Assembly (NCBI GenBank): GCA_014384675.1
Contig: JACNFK010000024.1
Coordinates: 17,018 to 81,017 of the forward strand
Length of the DNA stretch: 64,000 bases
Direction of reading: 5' to 3'
Origin: Candidatus Thiopontia autotrophica
Lineage (GTDB): Bacteria; Pseudomonadota; Gammaproteobacteria; GCF-002020875
Positions 9,023-17,905 of the stretch are shown in pieces. Below the pieces are notes generated by a model. It was not told where the DNA came from, searched no databases, and saw only the letters and a program-made list of their open reading frames with translations. Position 1 is the first letter of the stretch. Each line of letters starts with the position of its first letter. The position numbers were made by a program, and so were the translations under genes.

Positions 9023-10708
9023 ATGCCGATTCCTGAAAGACCAAGTTTCAAAGAGAGAATAAAGGTGCTGTTTTCGCGTCGTTTGATCCTCAATACGACA
9101 CTTGGAGGTGGTCTGGTGTTTGCCCTGTTTGGAATTATCTTTTGGGGTGGATTCAATACGGCAATGGAGGTAACAAATACCCTGGAGTTCTGTATCTCAT
9201 GTCATGAGATGGAGGACAATGTATACAAGGAGTACCAAAAGACTATCCACTATGCGAATCGTACTGGAGTACGGGCAACCTGTTCGGATTGTCATGTGCC
9301 TGATCCATGGATACATAAGGTAGCCAGAAAGATTGAGGCCAGTAACGAGGTGTTACACAAGATGTTGGGGACTATTGATACCCCTGAAAAGTTTGATGCA
9401 AAACGTCTGCAGTTGGCAAAAAATGTATGGCGTTCGATGAAGAGTACTGACTCCAGAGAGTGTCGGAACTGTCACAATTTTGAGGCGATGAATGGAGACA
9501 TGCAGAAGCCTCGTGCGATGAATCAACATACCAATGCGCTCAGGTCAGGACAGACCTGTATCGACTGCCATAAGGGTATTGCGCACAAAGGGGTTCATAA
9601 GCTGTTGAGTGATGAAGAGAAGGAGGCGATGGAGGCCCCTGATGAGTCACTGGCGAAACCTGAGGCAAAACTGTTCCAGCTGGCTGATCTGGATCCGGTA
9701 GCTGCGGCAGCAGCCAAGGCTGCAGCAGAGAAGGCAGCAGCAGAGGCAGCAGCAGAGGCAGCAGCCTCGGCCCAGGCAGGTAATTGGGAGACTATTGTGG
9801 GACGAGAGATTCACCTCATCTATCCTGGCCAGACATCCATAGAGTGGGTGCTGAATGGAACAGATCACGGTGGAGCAAATGCCTTTAAAAAGGGTGGAGA
9901 TCGATGCGTTACCTGTCATGACAAAGAGGCCAAGATTATGGGCGACCGTATAGTTGGTGGCACGCATGAGAAGGCGATGGAGCCAACTCCGATTGCTGGC
10001 AAGCGGGGTGGAGTTCCTGTCATGGTGAAGGCCGCTCATGATGGCGATAATCTATACATGCAGTTTACCTGGCATGATGTTGACCACCATACAGCGGGGC
10101 ATAAGTCGGTTGTTGAGGCTGAGCGGATGGATCCCGAGAACCCTGTCAAGCTGGCGATAATGTTTGCGACCGATCAAGTAGAGTTTGCAGACCGTTCAGG
10201 ATGTTGGGGAACTTGTCACCATGATGCCAATGGCATGCCCCATCAGCCAGAGGGTACAGATGTAACCAAGTACACCAAGGAGTCACGCACCAAGATTGAG
10301 GTCAAGGGGCGTCGTGGCAAGAAGCGTGGTGGCTGGGACAAGTTGAGAAAGCCTGAAGAGATTAAGGCTGCACTTGATCAGAAAAAGATCATGGATCTTG
10401 TGCGCTACAAGGCTGGCAGCAACCAGGCAGAAGATGGAATGATCCTGGCCAGCCGTGATATGAGTGGTAACAGTGATGACCTTGAGTTTGAGGGCAAGAG
10501 AGATGACCAGGGAAACTGGGTGGTAGAGATGAAGCGTAAGCTGAATTCCGGTGATGCAGATGATCTGTCACTGGCGCTGGACCAAGTCTATAATTTTGGT
10601 TTTGCTATCCATGATGACTACACCAATGGACGCTTCCACCATGTCTCATTTGGTTACAAGCTTGGGTTTGATGACCCAAAAGCGGAGATCAATGCTGTAA
10701 AATGGTGA
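9023..10708 (+). CDS. nirT: NirT (NapC-type tetraheme) fused to a NirB-like diheme c552 domain
   Basis: TM anchor; CISCH, CSDCH, CRNCH, CIDCH; Ala-rich linker; YPGQTSIEW, CVTCH, CWGTCH, FAIHDD..RFHHVS; GAGGAG RBS before ATG 9023. Confidence 0.85.
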   Translation: MPIPERPSFKERIKVLFSRRLILNTTLGGGLVFALFGIIFWGGFNTAMEVTNTLEFCISCHEMEDNVYKEYQKTIHYANRTGVRATCSDCHVPDPWIHKVARKIEASNEVLHKMLGTIDTPEKFDAKRLQLAKNVWRSMKSTDSRECRNCHNFEAMNGDMQKPRAMNQHTNALRSGQTCIDCHKGIAHKGVHKLLSDEEKEAMEAPDESLAKPEAKLFQLADLDPVAAAAAKAAAEKAAAEAAAEAAASAQAGNWETIVGREIHLIYPGQTSIEWVLNGTDHGGANAFKKGGDRCVTCHDKEAKIMGDRIVGGTHEKAMEPTPIAGKRGGVPVMVKAAHDGDNLYMQFTWHDVDHHTAGHKSVVEAERMDPENPVKLAIMFATDQVEFADRSGCWGTCHHDANGMPHQPEGTDVTKYTKESRTKIEVKGRRGKKRGGWDKLRKPEEIKAALDQKKIMDLVRYKAGSNQAEDGMILASRDMSGNSDDLEFEGKRDDQGNWVVEMKRKLNSGDADDLSLALDQVYNFGFAIHDDYTNGRFHHVSFGYKLGFDDPKAEINAVKW

Positions 10709-10709
10709 G

Positions 10710-11069
10710 ATGATAATTATTAATTACAGGCCTCTCATGCTTCTGCTGGGAGGCCTTTTTTTTGTTTCAGGATGTTCAAATGATCTGCCTGTGCCAAAGG
10801 TGGTTGAGATTGAGATCATTAATTATGGATACCAACCACAAACTGTGACCATTAATCCCGGTGATACAGTACGCTGGATTAACCGTGAGAAGAGACAGTA
10901 CCACTCGGTAAAACTTGATGGTGATGGTGGCGGTGGTTCGGTTAATTCAGAGTATCTCTTTCCTGGGGAGAGCTGGGAGCATACCTTCAGTCAAGAAGGG
11001 GTGTACAACTATATGTGTGGCCCACATTCGGAAATGGTTGGAGCTGTGAAGGTGAAATCACTCATCTAG
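10710..11069 (+). CDS. Type 1 blue copper protein (plastocyanin/amicyanin-like), possible lipoprotein
   Basis: PGDTVRWIN..YHSV and YMCGPHSEM supply His/Cys/His/Met ligands; VSGC lipobox. Confidence 0.85.
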   Translation: MIIINYRPLMLLLGGLFFVSGCSNDLPVPKVVEIEIINYGYQPQTVTINPGDTVRWINREKRQYHSVKLDGDGGGGSVNSEYLFPGESWEHTFSQEGVYNYMCGPHSEMVGAVKVKSLI

Positions 11070-11744
11070 GGTTTCTCGCATCTTCTCGGCATTGAGGATG
11101 TGGACCTCGTAGCCATGAACCTCAATCATCTTGTTCTTTTTCAGTTTCCCAAGAATGCGAGAGAAGGTCTCTCTCTGAATCGAGAGTCTGGAGGCAATTA
11201 CACTTTTCTGGGTCGGTAACTGAAAGGTGCCTTCATTGTCCTCGGCAGGAATGAAGGTGAGCAGATAGCTTATCAATCTGTGGGTGGCATTATGCAGGCA
11301 TAGGCCATCTATCTCCTGTACATAACTCTGTAGTCGCATACTAAGGTCAGACATGATCGAGAAGGTAGTGTCCGGATCTGAGCGCAAGATATTTTTGTAT
11401 ATCTTACTGTTGAAAACAAAGATCTCTCCACTCTCCAGGAACTGGCTGTTGACAGGGTAGGTGCCACCATCCATAAACATCATCGCCTCAGCAAAGGATT
11501 GGCCAGCCTGGAGAATATTTACCGTCTTCTCACCGCCGTCGAGGGCTAGTAGATAAAGTCGAATGGTGCCGGTTCTTACGATAAAGAAATGGGTTGCTGC
11601 TTCATCTTTAAGGAACAGGGTCTCATTTGGTTTTTTTCTGATTAGTTCGGATGTCTCCAACATCTCTTGCATGGACTCTTTGGTGAGAGAGGCAAAAAGC
11701 GGAGAGCGGCGAAGTTCACGCTCAAAAACAGTGGATAGAGACAT
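11058..11744 (-). CDS. dnr: Crp/Fnr family regulator, DNR/NnrR-type
   Basis: FAEAMMF, YPVNSQ and HTH RETFSR; no N-terminal Fe-S Cys cluster. Confidence 0.8.
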   Translation of the reverse strand: MSLSTVFERELRRSPLFASLTKESMQEMLETSELIRKKPNETLFLKDEAATHFFIVRTGTIRLYLLALDGGEKTVNILQAGQSFAEAMMFMDGGTYPVNSQFLESGEIFVFNSKIYKNILRSDPDTTFSIMSDLSMRLQSYVQEIDGLCLHNATHRLISYLLTFIPAEDNEGTFQLPTQKSVIASRLSIQRETFSRILGKLKKNKMIEVHGYEVHILNAEKMRETLDE

Positions 11745-11814
11745 AGGTTATTTGGTAATTGTGTTTTATAATTTTCGCTATAGTGTATAGGTATTATCTG
11801 GGCTTGTTAAGGTT

Positions 11815-11828
11815 TTGATGTAAATCAA
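11815..11828. promoter_or_regulatory. FNR/DNR box between dnr and the hemerythrin gene
   Basis: TTGATGTAAATCAA is a perfect consensus. Confidence 0.85.
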
Positions 11829-11887
11829 ATCACAAAAAATGGTATCTTAGGTACACTATGGTTAGTTCTGTTTAACCCCTGAGAGGA

Positions 11888-12475
11888 ATGAGTTTTATGA
11901 AGAAAAGTTACTCTATGTTTGCGCTATTTTCATTAATCATTATAGCGCTGGTAGTTGTCTTTCTGGGGTTCGTGGTATTTGGCCCGGGTAATCCGGTTCC
12001 ATGGGTAATATTGGTTATTCTGGCATTGATCCCATACTTTCATGAACGCAGTGTGCGCAAGGAGTATATAGAGTGGAGTAGCCAGTACGAGGTTGGTGTC
12101 AAATTAATTGACCATGACCACCAGAAGTTGGTTGGGCTGTTAAACCAGGTTGTCAGTGCCTCTCACTATAATATGGGGAAGGGGTATGTGAAGGGTGTCA
12201 TTGAGGAGCTGATCGAATATACCAAATACCACTTCGAGCGCGAGGAGGGGTTGATGCGGGATAACAACTGGACTGATATTGATGCCCATATGAAACAGCA
12301 CAGGGATATGGTGGATAAAGTGGAGGCCTTTAGTAGTAAATATACAGGGGATCTGGATGGTCAGGAGGAGCTCAGTACAGAGATTCACCACTTCCTGAAG
12401 GATTGGTTGCTTGACCATATTGTACGTACCGATAAAGAGCTTGGTCAATTCCTGATATCCAGTGGAGTGAAGTAG
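11888..12475 (+). CDS. Membrane-anchored bacteriohemerythrin
   Basis: Two N-terminal TM helices, then W..YEVGV.LIDHDH, HFEREE, H..QH, WLLDHIVRTD. Confidence 0.88.
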   Translation: MSFMKKSYSMFALFSLIIIALVVVFLGFVVFGPGNPVPWVILVILALIPYFHERSVRKEYIEWSSQYEVGVKLIDHDHQKLVGLLNQVVSASHYNMGKGYVKGVIEELIEYTKYHFEREEGLMRDNNWTDIDAHMKQHRDMVDKVEAFSSKYTGDLDGQEELSTEIHHFLKDWLLDHIVRTDKELGQFLISSGVK

Positions 12476-12481
12476 AGTTAG

Positions 12482-13168
12482 ATGAGATATCCAGGCAGGC
12501 TATTTGGGGTTGGTGCACTACTCCTCTCCTTTGCGATCTATGCTGATGCACCGCTGGATAATGAGCTTACTCTTGCAATGGCAGCCACCCCAAACGTGGA
12601 GTCGGGCAGAGAGGTTTTTAGACTCTGTGTTGTCTGTCACCAGATTAACTCATGGGGAACTATTGATGGCAGCTATCCACAACTGGCGGGACAGCATAGC
12701 AGTGTAATCATCAAGCAGATTGCCGATATCAGGGCAGGCAATCGGGATAATCCATCCATGCTGATAATAGCCCAGGAGAAGGTGATGGGTGGCCCCCAGG
12801 CAATTGCAGATGTAACTGCCTATATCCAGACGTTACCTATGACCCCGACCCCTGGCGTTGGCCCGGGACACAAACTGGGTAAGGCAGAACGTACATATTT
12901 CAGAAAATGTGCCGAGTGTCATGGTGGTGATGGTGGTGGAGATTCGGGTAGATATTTCCCCCGCCTTCAAGGGCAGCACTATGCCTATCTGTTGAGACAG
13001 TTACAGTGGATCCGTGATGACAAGAGACGCAATGCCAATAGCGAGATGATGCGCAGGGTTAGCAAGATGAAGGATGCCGAGCTTTCAATCCTGGCGGACT
13101 ATATCTCCAGAATCAGGCCGCCTGCAGAGGATATGGCACCAGAGGGTTGGAAGAACCCGGATTTTTAA
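12482..13168 (+). CDS. Diheme cytochrome c4/c553
   Basis: CVVCH and CAECH; YPQLAGQH and FPRLQGQH. Confidence 0.88.
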   Translation: MRYPGRLFGVGALLLSFAIYADAPLDNELTLAMAATPNVESGREVFRLCVVCHQINSWGTIDGSYPQLAGQHSSVIIKQIADIRAGNRDNPSMLIIAQEKVMGGPQAIADVTAYIQTLPMTPTPGVGPGHKLGKAERTYFRKCAECHGGDGGGDSGRYFPRLQGQHYAYLLRQLQWIRDDKRRNANSEMMRRVSKMKDAELSILADYISRIRPPAEDMAPEGWKNPDF

Positions 13169-13172
13169 TCTG

Positions 13173-13463
13173 CTATCGGGGGCGACAGGTTGATCTGACG
13201 TTGAAAACTTCTTTACTGTTGTCGGCAGCTTTTTCAGGCATGGCTATGGTTATCAAAAAATCACCATCTGCTGTTGTCTCCGTCTTGGTAGTAAACCCAA
13301 GCTCATTAAGATGGCCGTAGAGTGGGTGTGGCTCAACAGAGATATGGAGCTGGAATGAGTCACCTGGCTGCAGTGTCATTGCCATTGATGTAGCCTGCTT
13401 GAAAGGTTCGGGACACTTTAGTCCGCGCACATCAATAACGGCTATAGGTTGATTGCTTCTCAT
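13173..13463 (-). CDS. TusA/SirA-like small protein
   Basis: IDVRGLKCPEP motif and EPHPLY. Confidence 0.7.
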   Translation of the reverse strand: MRSNQPIAVIDVRGLKCPEPFKQATSMAMTLQPGDSFQLHISVEPHPLYGHLNELGFTTKTETTADGDFLITIAMPEKAADNSKEVFNVRSTCRPR

Positions 13464-13557
13464 TGAGTGGCATTATCCTACGGTTTCTCCTCTATAGTAA
13501 ATAGCTATTAATAATTGCGATTACTGTCGCAAGGATCAGTCGTAAGGATCAATACTT

Positions 13558-13599
13558 GGGAATCTCTAAAAAAGTTTAATAGGATGGGGGTTTGGGGGA
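13558..13599 (+). repeat. Partial left end of the IS5-like MITE, overlapping the SCO gene 3' end
   Basis: GGGAATCTCTAAAAAAGTTTAATAGGATGGGGGTTTGGGGGA resembles 47899-47940. Confidence 0.7.
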
Positions 13600-15023
13600 T
13601 TTGACAAAATCTCTCTGATCCGGGCAGCCATATCATTGGCTGATATGCCATGAGCCAGTTTTGTTATGAATTCACCATTGGGAGCCATCAGAAAGACCCC
13701 TGAGGAGTGGTCCATAATGTATTGCTCAGGATCTCTCGATTCGTCCACAACCTTCTCATACTTCACATTATATATCCGGGCGACTCGGTCAGTCATGGCC
13801 TGAGTGCCGGTTAGTCCTGTCAGGGCAGGGTGAAAATAGTTAACATAGGTGCTTAGTACATCAGGGGTGTCTCTGGCAGGATCAACCGTAATAAAGTATG
13901 GCTGAATCTGCTCTGCATCATCCCCTATCCTGTTTAGTGCTGAAGAGATGGTGAGTAGTGAGGTTGGGCAGACATCGGGGCAGAAGGTGTATCCAAAGTA
14001 GACCAGGTGAAATTTCCCCAACATATCCTGATCAGTAAAGAGTTTGCCGTGATGATCACGTAGCATGAATTTGCCGCCAATATAGCTGGACGGTGTAGTG
14101 TCTTGGGCGCTGTTTTTAGCCACCTCTTTTGCAGACTCCTCTACAATTGAGTCATCCACATACTTGAGGCACTGTTTGATGGTGACTGTATTATGCTCCA
14201 TCAACTTGAAGTAGTGGTCTTCTCCAGCCTCTATCCTTGATCCAAAACTGTCCAGTAGACCAATATTTAGAGTGGTTCCATCGGTAAGCAGAGATAGTGC
14301 ATCTGGATCAATCTGTTGTTCAGTCAACAGACAGCTGTAGTCACCGCTCTTGAGCCGGGCTCTGTTTTGCAGAAATGAGAGCCCTCTGACTGGTGTCATT
14401 GGGGACTCTGCAACTACCCCTCGAATTTTTAGTGCATATGCCTGTTCAAAGTACTGCAAGGTATCATAGTAGGCCATTCCAATGCCGCTCTTCAATCCAC
14501 GGTATCCATACTCCAGACGACGATCCAGTTCAGCCAGTCTTCTCAATAGATTGCGACGGTTGTTTTCATATAGTGACTTACGTTCTGGATCAAGCTTTGT
14601 CAGCGCCCTGGCAAGTTCATCGGTAATGATGAGAATATTGCGGCTATCAAGCCAGATGAATGGATCACGCCTCTCCTTGTTCCAGCGTGATGTAAGGACC
14701 TTGATCTCCTCATTGTCGAGCAGGGTAAAGAGGGTGGTGTTTGGGCCAAGCAGCTCTAGCTGATTAACCATAAACTGCTCCAGCTCGGGCCCTATCCATA
14801 CAACCATATCTGCATCTCTGAGAGCATGTTGTTTGGATTTTGAGAGAGTTGCCGTGTATGGCGACTGCTGGTTGTCTACAAGTAGCTCGGGTGGGCGTGT
14901 ATCTGCCAGTAGACCAGAGAGAATTGAGTGGATTGGTTTTATGGTAGTGACAACCTTGAGCGGCTCACCACTCCAGGTAGCTGAAGAGAAGATCAGTAGT
15001 GCAAAGATGGAGAGCAGTCTCAA
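13566..15023 (-). CDS. ZnuA-like solute-binding domain fused to an SCO1/SenC copper chaperone
   Basis: N-terminal VVTTIKPIHSI, ADMVVWIGPELE and YFEQAY (ZnuA fold); C-terminal FGYTFCPDVCP, ITVDPARD and MDHSS (SCO). Confidence 0.85.
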   Translation of the reverse strand: MRLLSIFALLIFSSATWSGEPLKVVTTIKPIHSILSGLLADTRPPELLVDNQQSPYTATLSKSKQHALRDADMVVWIGPELEQFMVNQLELLGPNTTLFTLLDNEEIKVLTSRWNKERRDPFIWLDSRNILIITDELARALTKLDPERKSLYENNRRNLLRRLAELDRRLEYGYRGLKSGIGMAYYDTLQYFEQAYALKIRGVVAESPMTPVRGLSFLQNRARLKSGDYSCLLTEQQIDPDALSLLTDGTTLNIGLLDSFGSRIEAGEDHYFKLMEHNTVTIKQCLKYVDDSIVEESAKEVAKNSAQDTTPSSYIGGKFMLRDHHGKLFTDQDMLGKFHLVYFGYTFCPDVCPTSLLTISSALNRIGDDAEQIQPYFITVDPARDTPDVLSTYVNYFHPALTGLTGTQAMTDRVARIYNVKYEKVVDESRDPEQYIMDHSSGVFLMAPNGEFITKLAHGISANDMAARIREILSNPPNPHPIKLF

Positions 15024-15367
15024 AACAGCTTCTCCTGATGGTTCAGAAATCCTGTTTCCAGCTGCTCAATACTGCTATCAACCTGCTGACTGAGCTCTTT
15101 TTCACTGGGACATTGGGTTCCTGATTTTATAATGGCGAGAAAGGATTTGTTGGTTGCCTCGTCAAAAGCTATCCCGATAACCCTGATCTTGGGGACCGTT
15201 GCAACCATGGACCGCTTCATTCTACGGGTCTCATCGATGTATCCACAATTAAGAGCAATACCGTTAAGCTCACCCAGCTGCTTCACTCTCTCAAGTTGTT
15301 GGTCACTGACGGCATAAGCTGGTGCAGTCAGCAGTGCAAGACAAGGTATAAGGTATCTTTTTTTCAT
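15020..15367 (-). CDS. Small secreted hypothetical protein
   Basis: Signal peptide (APAYA), two Cys in the mature part, 4-bp overlap with the SCO fusion gene. Confidence 0.75.
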   Translation of the reverse strand: MKKRYLIPCLALLTAPAYAVSDQQLERVKQLGELNGIALNCGYIDETRRMKRSMVATVPKIRVIGIAFDEATNKSFLAIIKSGTQCPSEKELSQQVDSSIEQLETGFLNHQEKLF

Positions 15368-15439
15368 GGGGGTGAACTATCGGTTGTTGAGGAGTTGTTA
15401 CTTGCAGACAATCTTACCAAATGCGAGACTGATATCGTG

Positions 15440-15453
15440 TTGATCAAGATCAA
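15440..15453. promoter_or_regulatory. FNR/DNR box in the divergent SCO-operon/menA promoter
   Basis: TTGATCAAGATCAA is a perfect consensus. Confidence 0.8.
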
Positions 15454-15465
15454 AAGTAGATATTC

Positions 15466-16341
15466 ATGAGCTCCCCATGGCTACAGGCTGTACGCCCCAA
15501 AACCCTCTCAATGGCGGTAATTCCCGTTCTTCTGGGGGCTGTGGTAGCCCATACAGAGAGCGCTCTATTTAAACCGCTACTACTCTCCCTTGTCCTTCTG
15601 GCTGCTCTTCTTATCCAGATTGGAACAAATCTATACAATGATGTTGGGGATGCAGAGCGTGGGGCAGATGGGCCAGACCGTCTGGGTCCAAAGCGGATGG
15701 TAGCGGCAGGGGTGTTGAGTGCGGGCAGTGTTCGAAAGGCTGCGATTCTCTCTTTTTTTGGTGCTTTTGTAATAGGTGTGGCCCTGGTTGTGGTTGGTGG
15801 GTTGCCAATCATCTTTATCGGGTTGTCATCAATTGCCGCAGGGATCGCCTATACCGGAGGCAGACTTCCCATTGCCTACACATTTATGGGGGAGCTGTTT
15901 GTCTTTCTCTTCTTTGGGGTTGTTGCAGTTATGGGTACTACCTATCTCATCACTCTGCAGTGGAGCTCTACAGCACTGTTGGTTGGGTCCGTCATAGGGT
16001 TGTTGGCGGCGGCAGTTCTGGTTGTAAATAACTATCGGGATATTGATACTGACCGTGCGGTGGGGAAGAATACCCTGGCAGTCACTCTTGGAGCAGCGCT
16101 CACCAGGGTTCTCTATCTCACGCTTTTATTGACCCCATTTCTGGTGTTGCTGGTGCTCTCTGAACAACTTCAGAAGCCGCTACTGATCTGGGTTATGATG
16201 CCGGCACTGCCGGTTTCACTCTATCTGGGGAGAAAGATATATCTTCTCCCTCACGGTCGAGGGTTAAACCAGCTGTTGGCGCAGACGGCTCAGCTGCAGC
16301 TTCTGTTCGGGATATTGATGATGTTTGGACTTTACCTATGA
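15466..16341 (+). CDS. menA: 1,4-dihydroxy-2-naphthoate polyprenyltransferase
   Basis: RPKTL, NLYNDVGD..RGAD and NNYRDIDTDRAVGKNTLAV; multiple TM helices. Confidence 0.92.
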   Translation: MSSPWLQAVRPKTLSMAVIPVLLGAVVAHTESALFKPLLLSLVLLAALLIQIGTNLYNDVGDAERGADGPDRLGPKRMVAAGVLSAGSVRKAAILSFFGAFVIGVALVVVGGLPIIFIGLSSIAAGIAYTGGRLPIAYTFMGELFVFLFFGVVAVMGTTYLITLQWSSTALLVGSVIGLLAAAVLVVNNYRDIDTDRAVGKNTLAVTLGAALTRVLYLTLLLTPFLVLLVLSEQLQKPLLIWVMMPALPVSLYLGRKIYLLPHGRGLNQLLAQTAQLQLLFGILMMFGLYL

Positions 16342-17180
16342 AAATAAAAAATATAGCCATTGTAGCCGCTCTTTTACTCTCACCCCTCTCTCTTGCCGAC
16401 ACCCACAGTCAGGAGCATGAGGCATCAGTTCTGCTCCCCCCAACATCCATTGCCCAGTGGTACAAGCCACAAAACAAGCGACAGGTATGGCTTCATACCA
16501 TGTTCCGTCTACGCCGCGCTATGCTGGCAATCCAGGAGTATACGGCTCTGCAGGATGAGAAGCTGCTGGACAAGTGGGGCTCACAATTTATCAAGGACTA
16601 CAGAAGTATCACCGAGATGGTTCCAGAGTGGGGTGACGAGATTGAGCCAGGGTGGATTAATCGACTTGAGCAGGTGATCAGAGATAGAGATTGGGAGGCT
16701 ATGGGTGGGGCACTCAGAAAGGTGGGGATGACCTGTAGCTCATGCCATGATGACTATCGTGCAGTTACTGCGGCACTATACAGAACCCCGGATTTTGAGA
16801 AGGTGATGGTTGAGGATAGTGAGACCATGGAGGATCTATCTTATAAAGAGACAATGAATAACCTTACAACTTCCATGAACCGTTTCAAGATAGCGGTTGA
16901 GGATGGTCGCAAAACTGCTGCAACGGAGTATCTTGAGATGTTCTCAATCAGGGTAATTGATCTGGGTGAGAGCTGTAGCGGATGCCACCGTGATGAACAA
17001 CCTCGTGAACGCATTCTTGGTGAGGAGACAGAGTTCCTGCTGGAGGAGCTATCGGTTCTGCTGGCCGAAAATCCCGAAGGGGTTGGGAGAAAACTGGGTG
17101 AGGTGGGGGTTGCTGTCTGTGCTCGCTGTCACGGTGTTCATCGTACCCTCGCAGATCTGAGAAGAGTGGTTGAGCCATGA
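16338..17180 (+). CDS. Periplasmic triheme cytochrome c of unknown function
   Basis: Signal peptide; CSSCH, CSGCH and CARCH, each at the end of a predicted helical segment. Confidence 0.8.
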   Translation: MKIKNIAIVAALLLSPLSLADTHSQEHEASVLLPPTSIAQWYKPQNKRQVWLHTMFRLRRAMLAIQEYTALQDEKLLDKWGSQFIKDYRSITEMVPEWGDEIEPGWINRLEQVIRDRDWEAMGGALRKVGMTCSSCHDDYRAVTAALYRTPDFEKVMVEDSETMEDLSYKETMNNLTTSMNRFKIAVEDGRKTAATEYLEMFSIRVIDLGESCSGCHRDEQPRERILGEETEFLLEELSVLLAENPEGVGRKLGEVGVAVCARCHGVHRTLADLRRVVEP

Positions 17181-17905
17181 GTGACAAGGGAGAGCAGCTT
17201 TCGCAGACCTTCGGTTACTCCAGGGTTGATGAGCAGGAGCGTGAAAAGAAGATACGTGCCGTTTTTCAGGCGGTCGCCCCCCGTTATGATCTGATGAACG
17301 ATATGATGAGCTTTGGTATCCACCGCCTCTGGAAGCGTCGTTTGGTAAAGATGGTCAACCCACAGAGCGCTGAGCTGATAGTCGATCTGGCTGGTGGTAC
17401 CGGCGACATTGCCGAGAAGATGGCGGCAGAGGGGCGTACGGTTGTTGTAATAGACCCCAGTGAGGCGATGATGGCAGAGGGGAAGAGGCGAGGTATCAGG
17501 GGAGTCGAGTTCCGGGTGGGAACAGGGGAGTCCATACCCCTGCCTGACAGCTCGGTTGATCGTCTTACCATCTCCTTTGGTATCCGCAATATGACAAATA
17601 TGGGGCAAGCTCTGAGTGAGATCAATCGTGTGTTAAAGCCTGGTGGAAAAATGTACTGCCTTGAGTTCTCCAGACCCCACTGGTTGATCAAGCCTTTTTA
17701 TGATCTCCACTCCTTTTATCTGATCCCACGTCTGGGAGCATGGGTGGCCAAGGCGCCAATCGCCTACAATTATCTGGTGGAGTCAATTCGCCGCTTCCCC
17801 GATCAGGAGGAGATGAAGAGGATGATGGAGCAGGCAGGATTCACCAATGTCAGTTACAGAAACCTCACCTTTGGAATTGCCGCCATTCATACTGGTGAGA
17901 AATGA
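17177..17905 (+). CDS. menG: Demethylmenaquinone methyltransferase (MenG/UbiE)
   Basis: YDLMNDMMSFGIHRLWK, DLAGGTGD, FGIRN and ESIRRFPDQE. Confidence 0.9.
   Translation: MSDKGEQLSQTFGYSRVDEQEREKKIRAVFQAVAPRYDLMNDMMSFGIHRLWKRRLVKMVNPQSAELIVDLAGGTGDIAEKMAAEGRTVVVIDPSEAMMAEGKRRGIRGVEFRVGTGESIPLPDSSVDRLTISFGIRNMTNMGQALSEINRVLKPGGKMYCLEFSRPHWLIKPFYDLHSFYLIPRLGAWVAKAPIAYNYLVESIRRFPDQEEMKRMMEQAGFTNVSYRNLTFGIAAIHTGEK

Noticed and set aside
9700..9775. GCAGCAGCAGAG tandem repeats
   Set aside because: They encode the Ala-rich protein linker; not an independent DNA element.
17177..17905. Methyltransferase as a ubiquinone-pathway ubiE operon
   Set aside because: No ubiJ or ubiB neighbours; it sits among men genes, so the MenG role is preferred, though dual function is possible.
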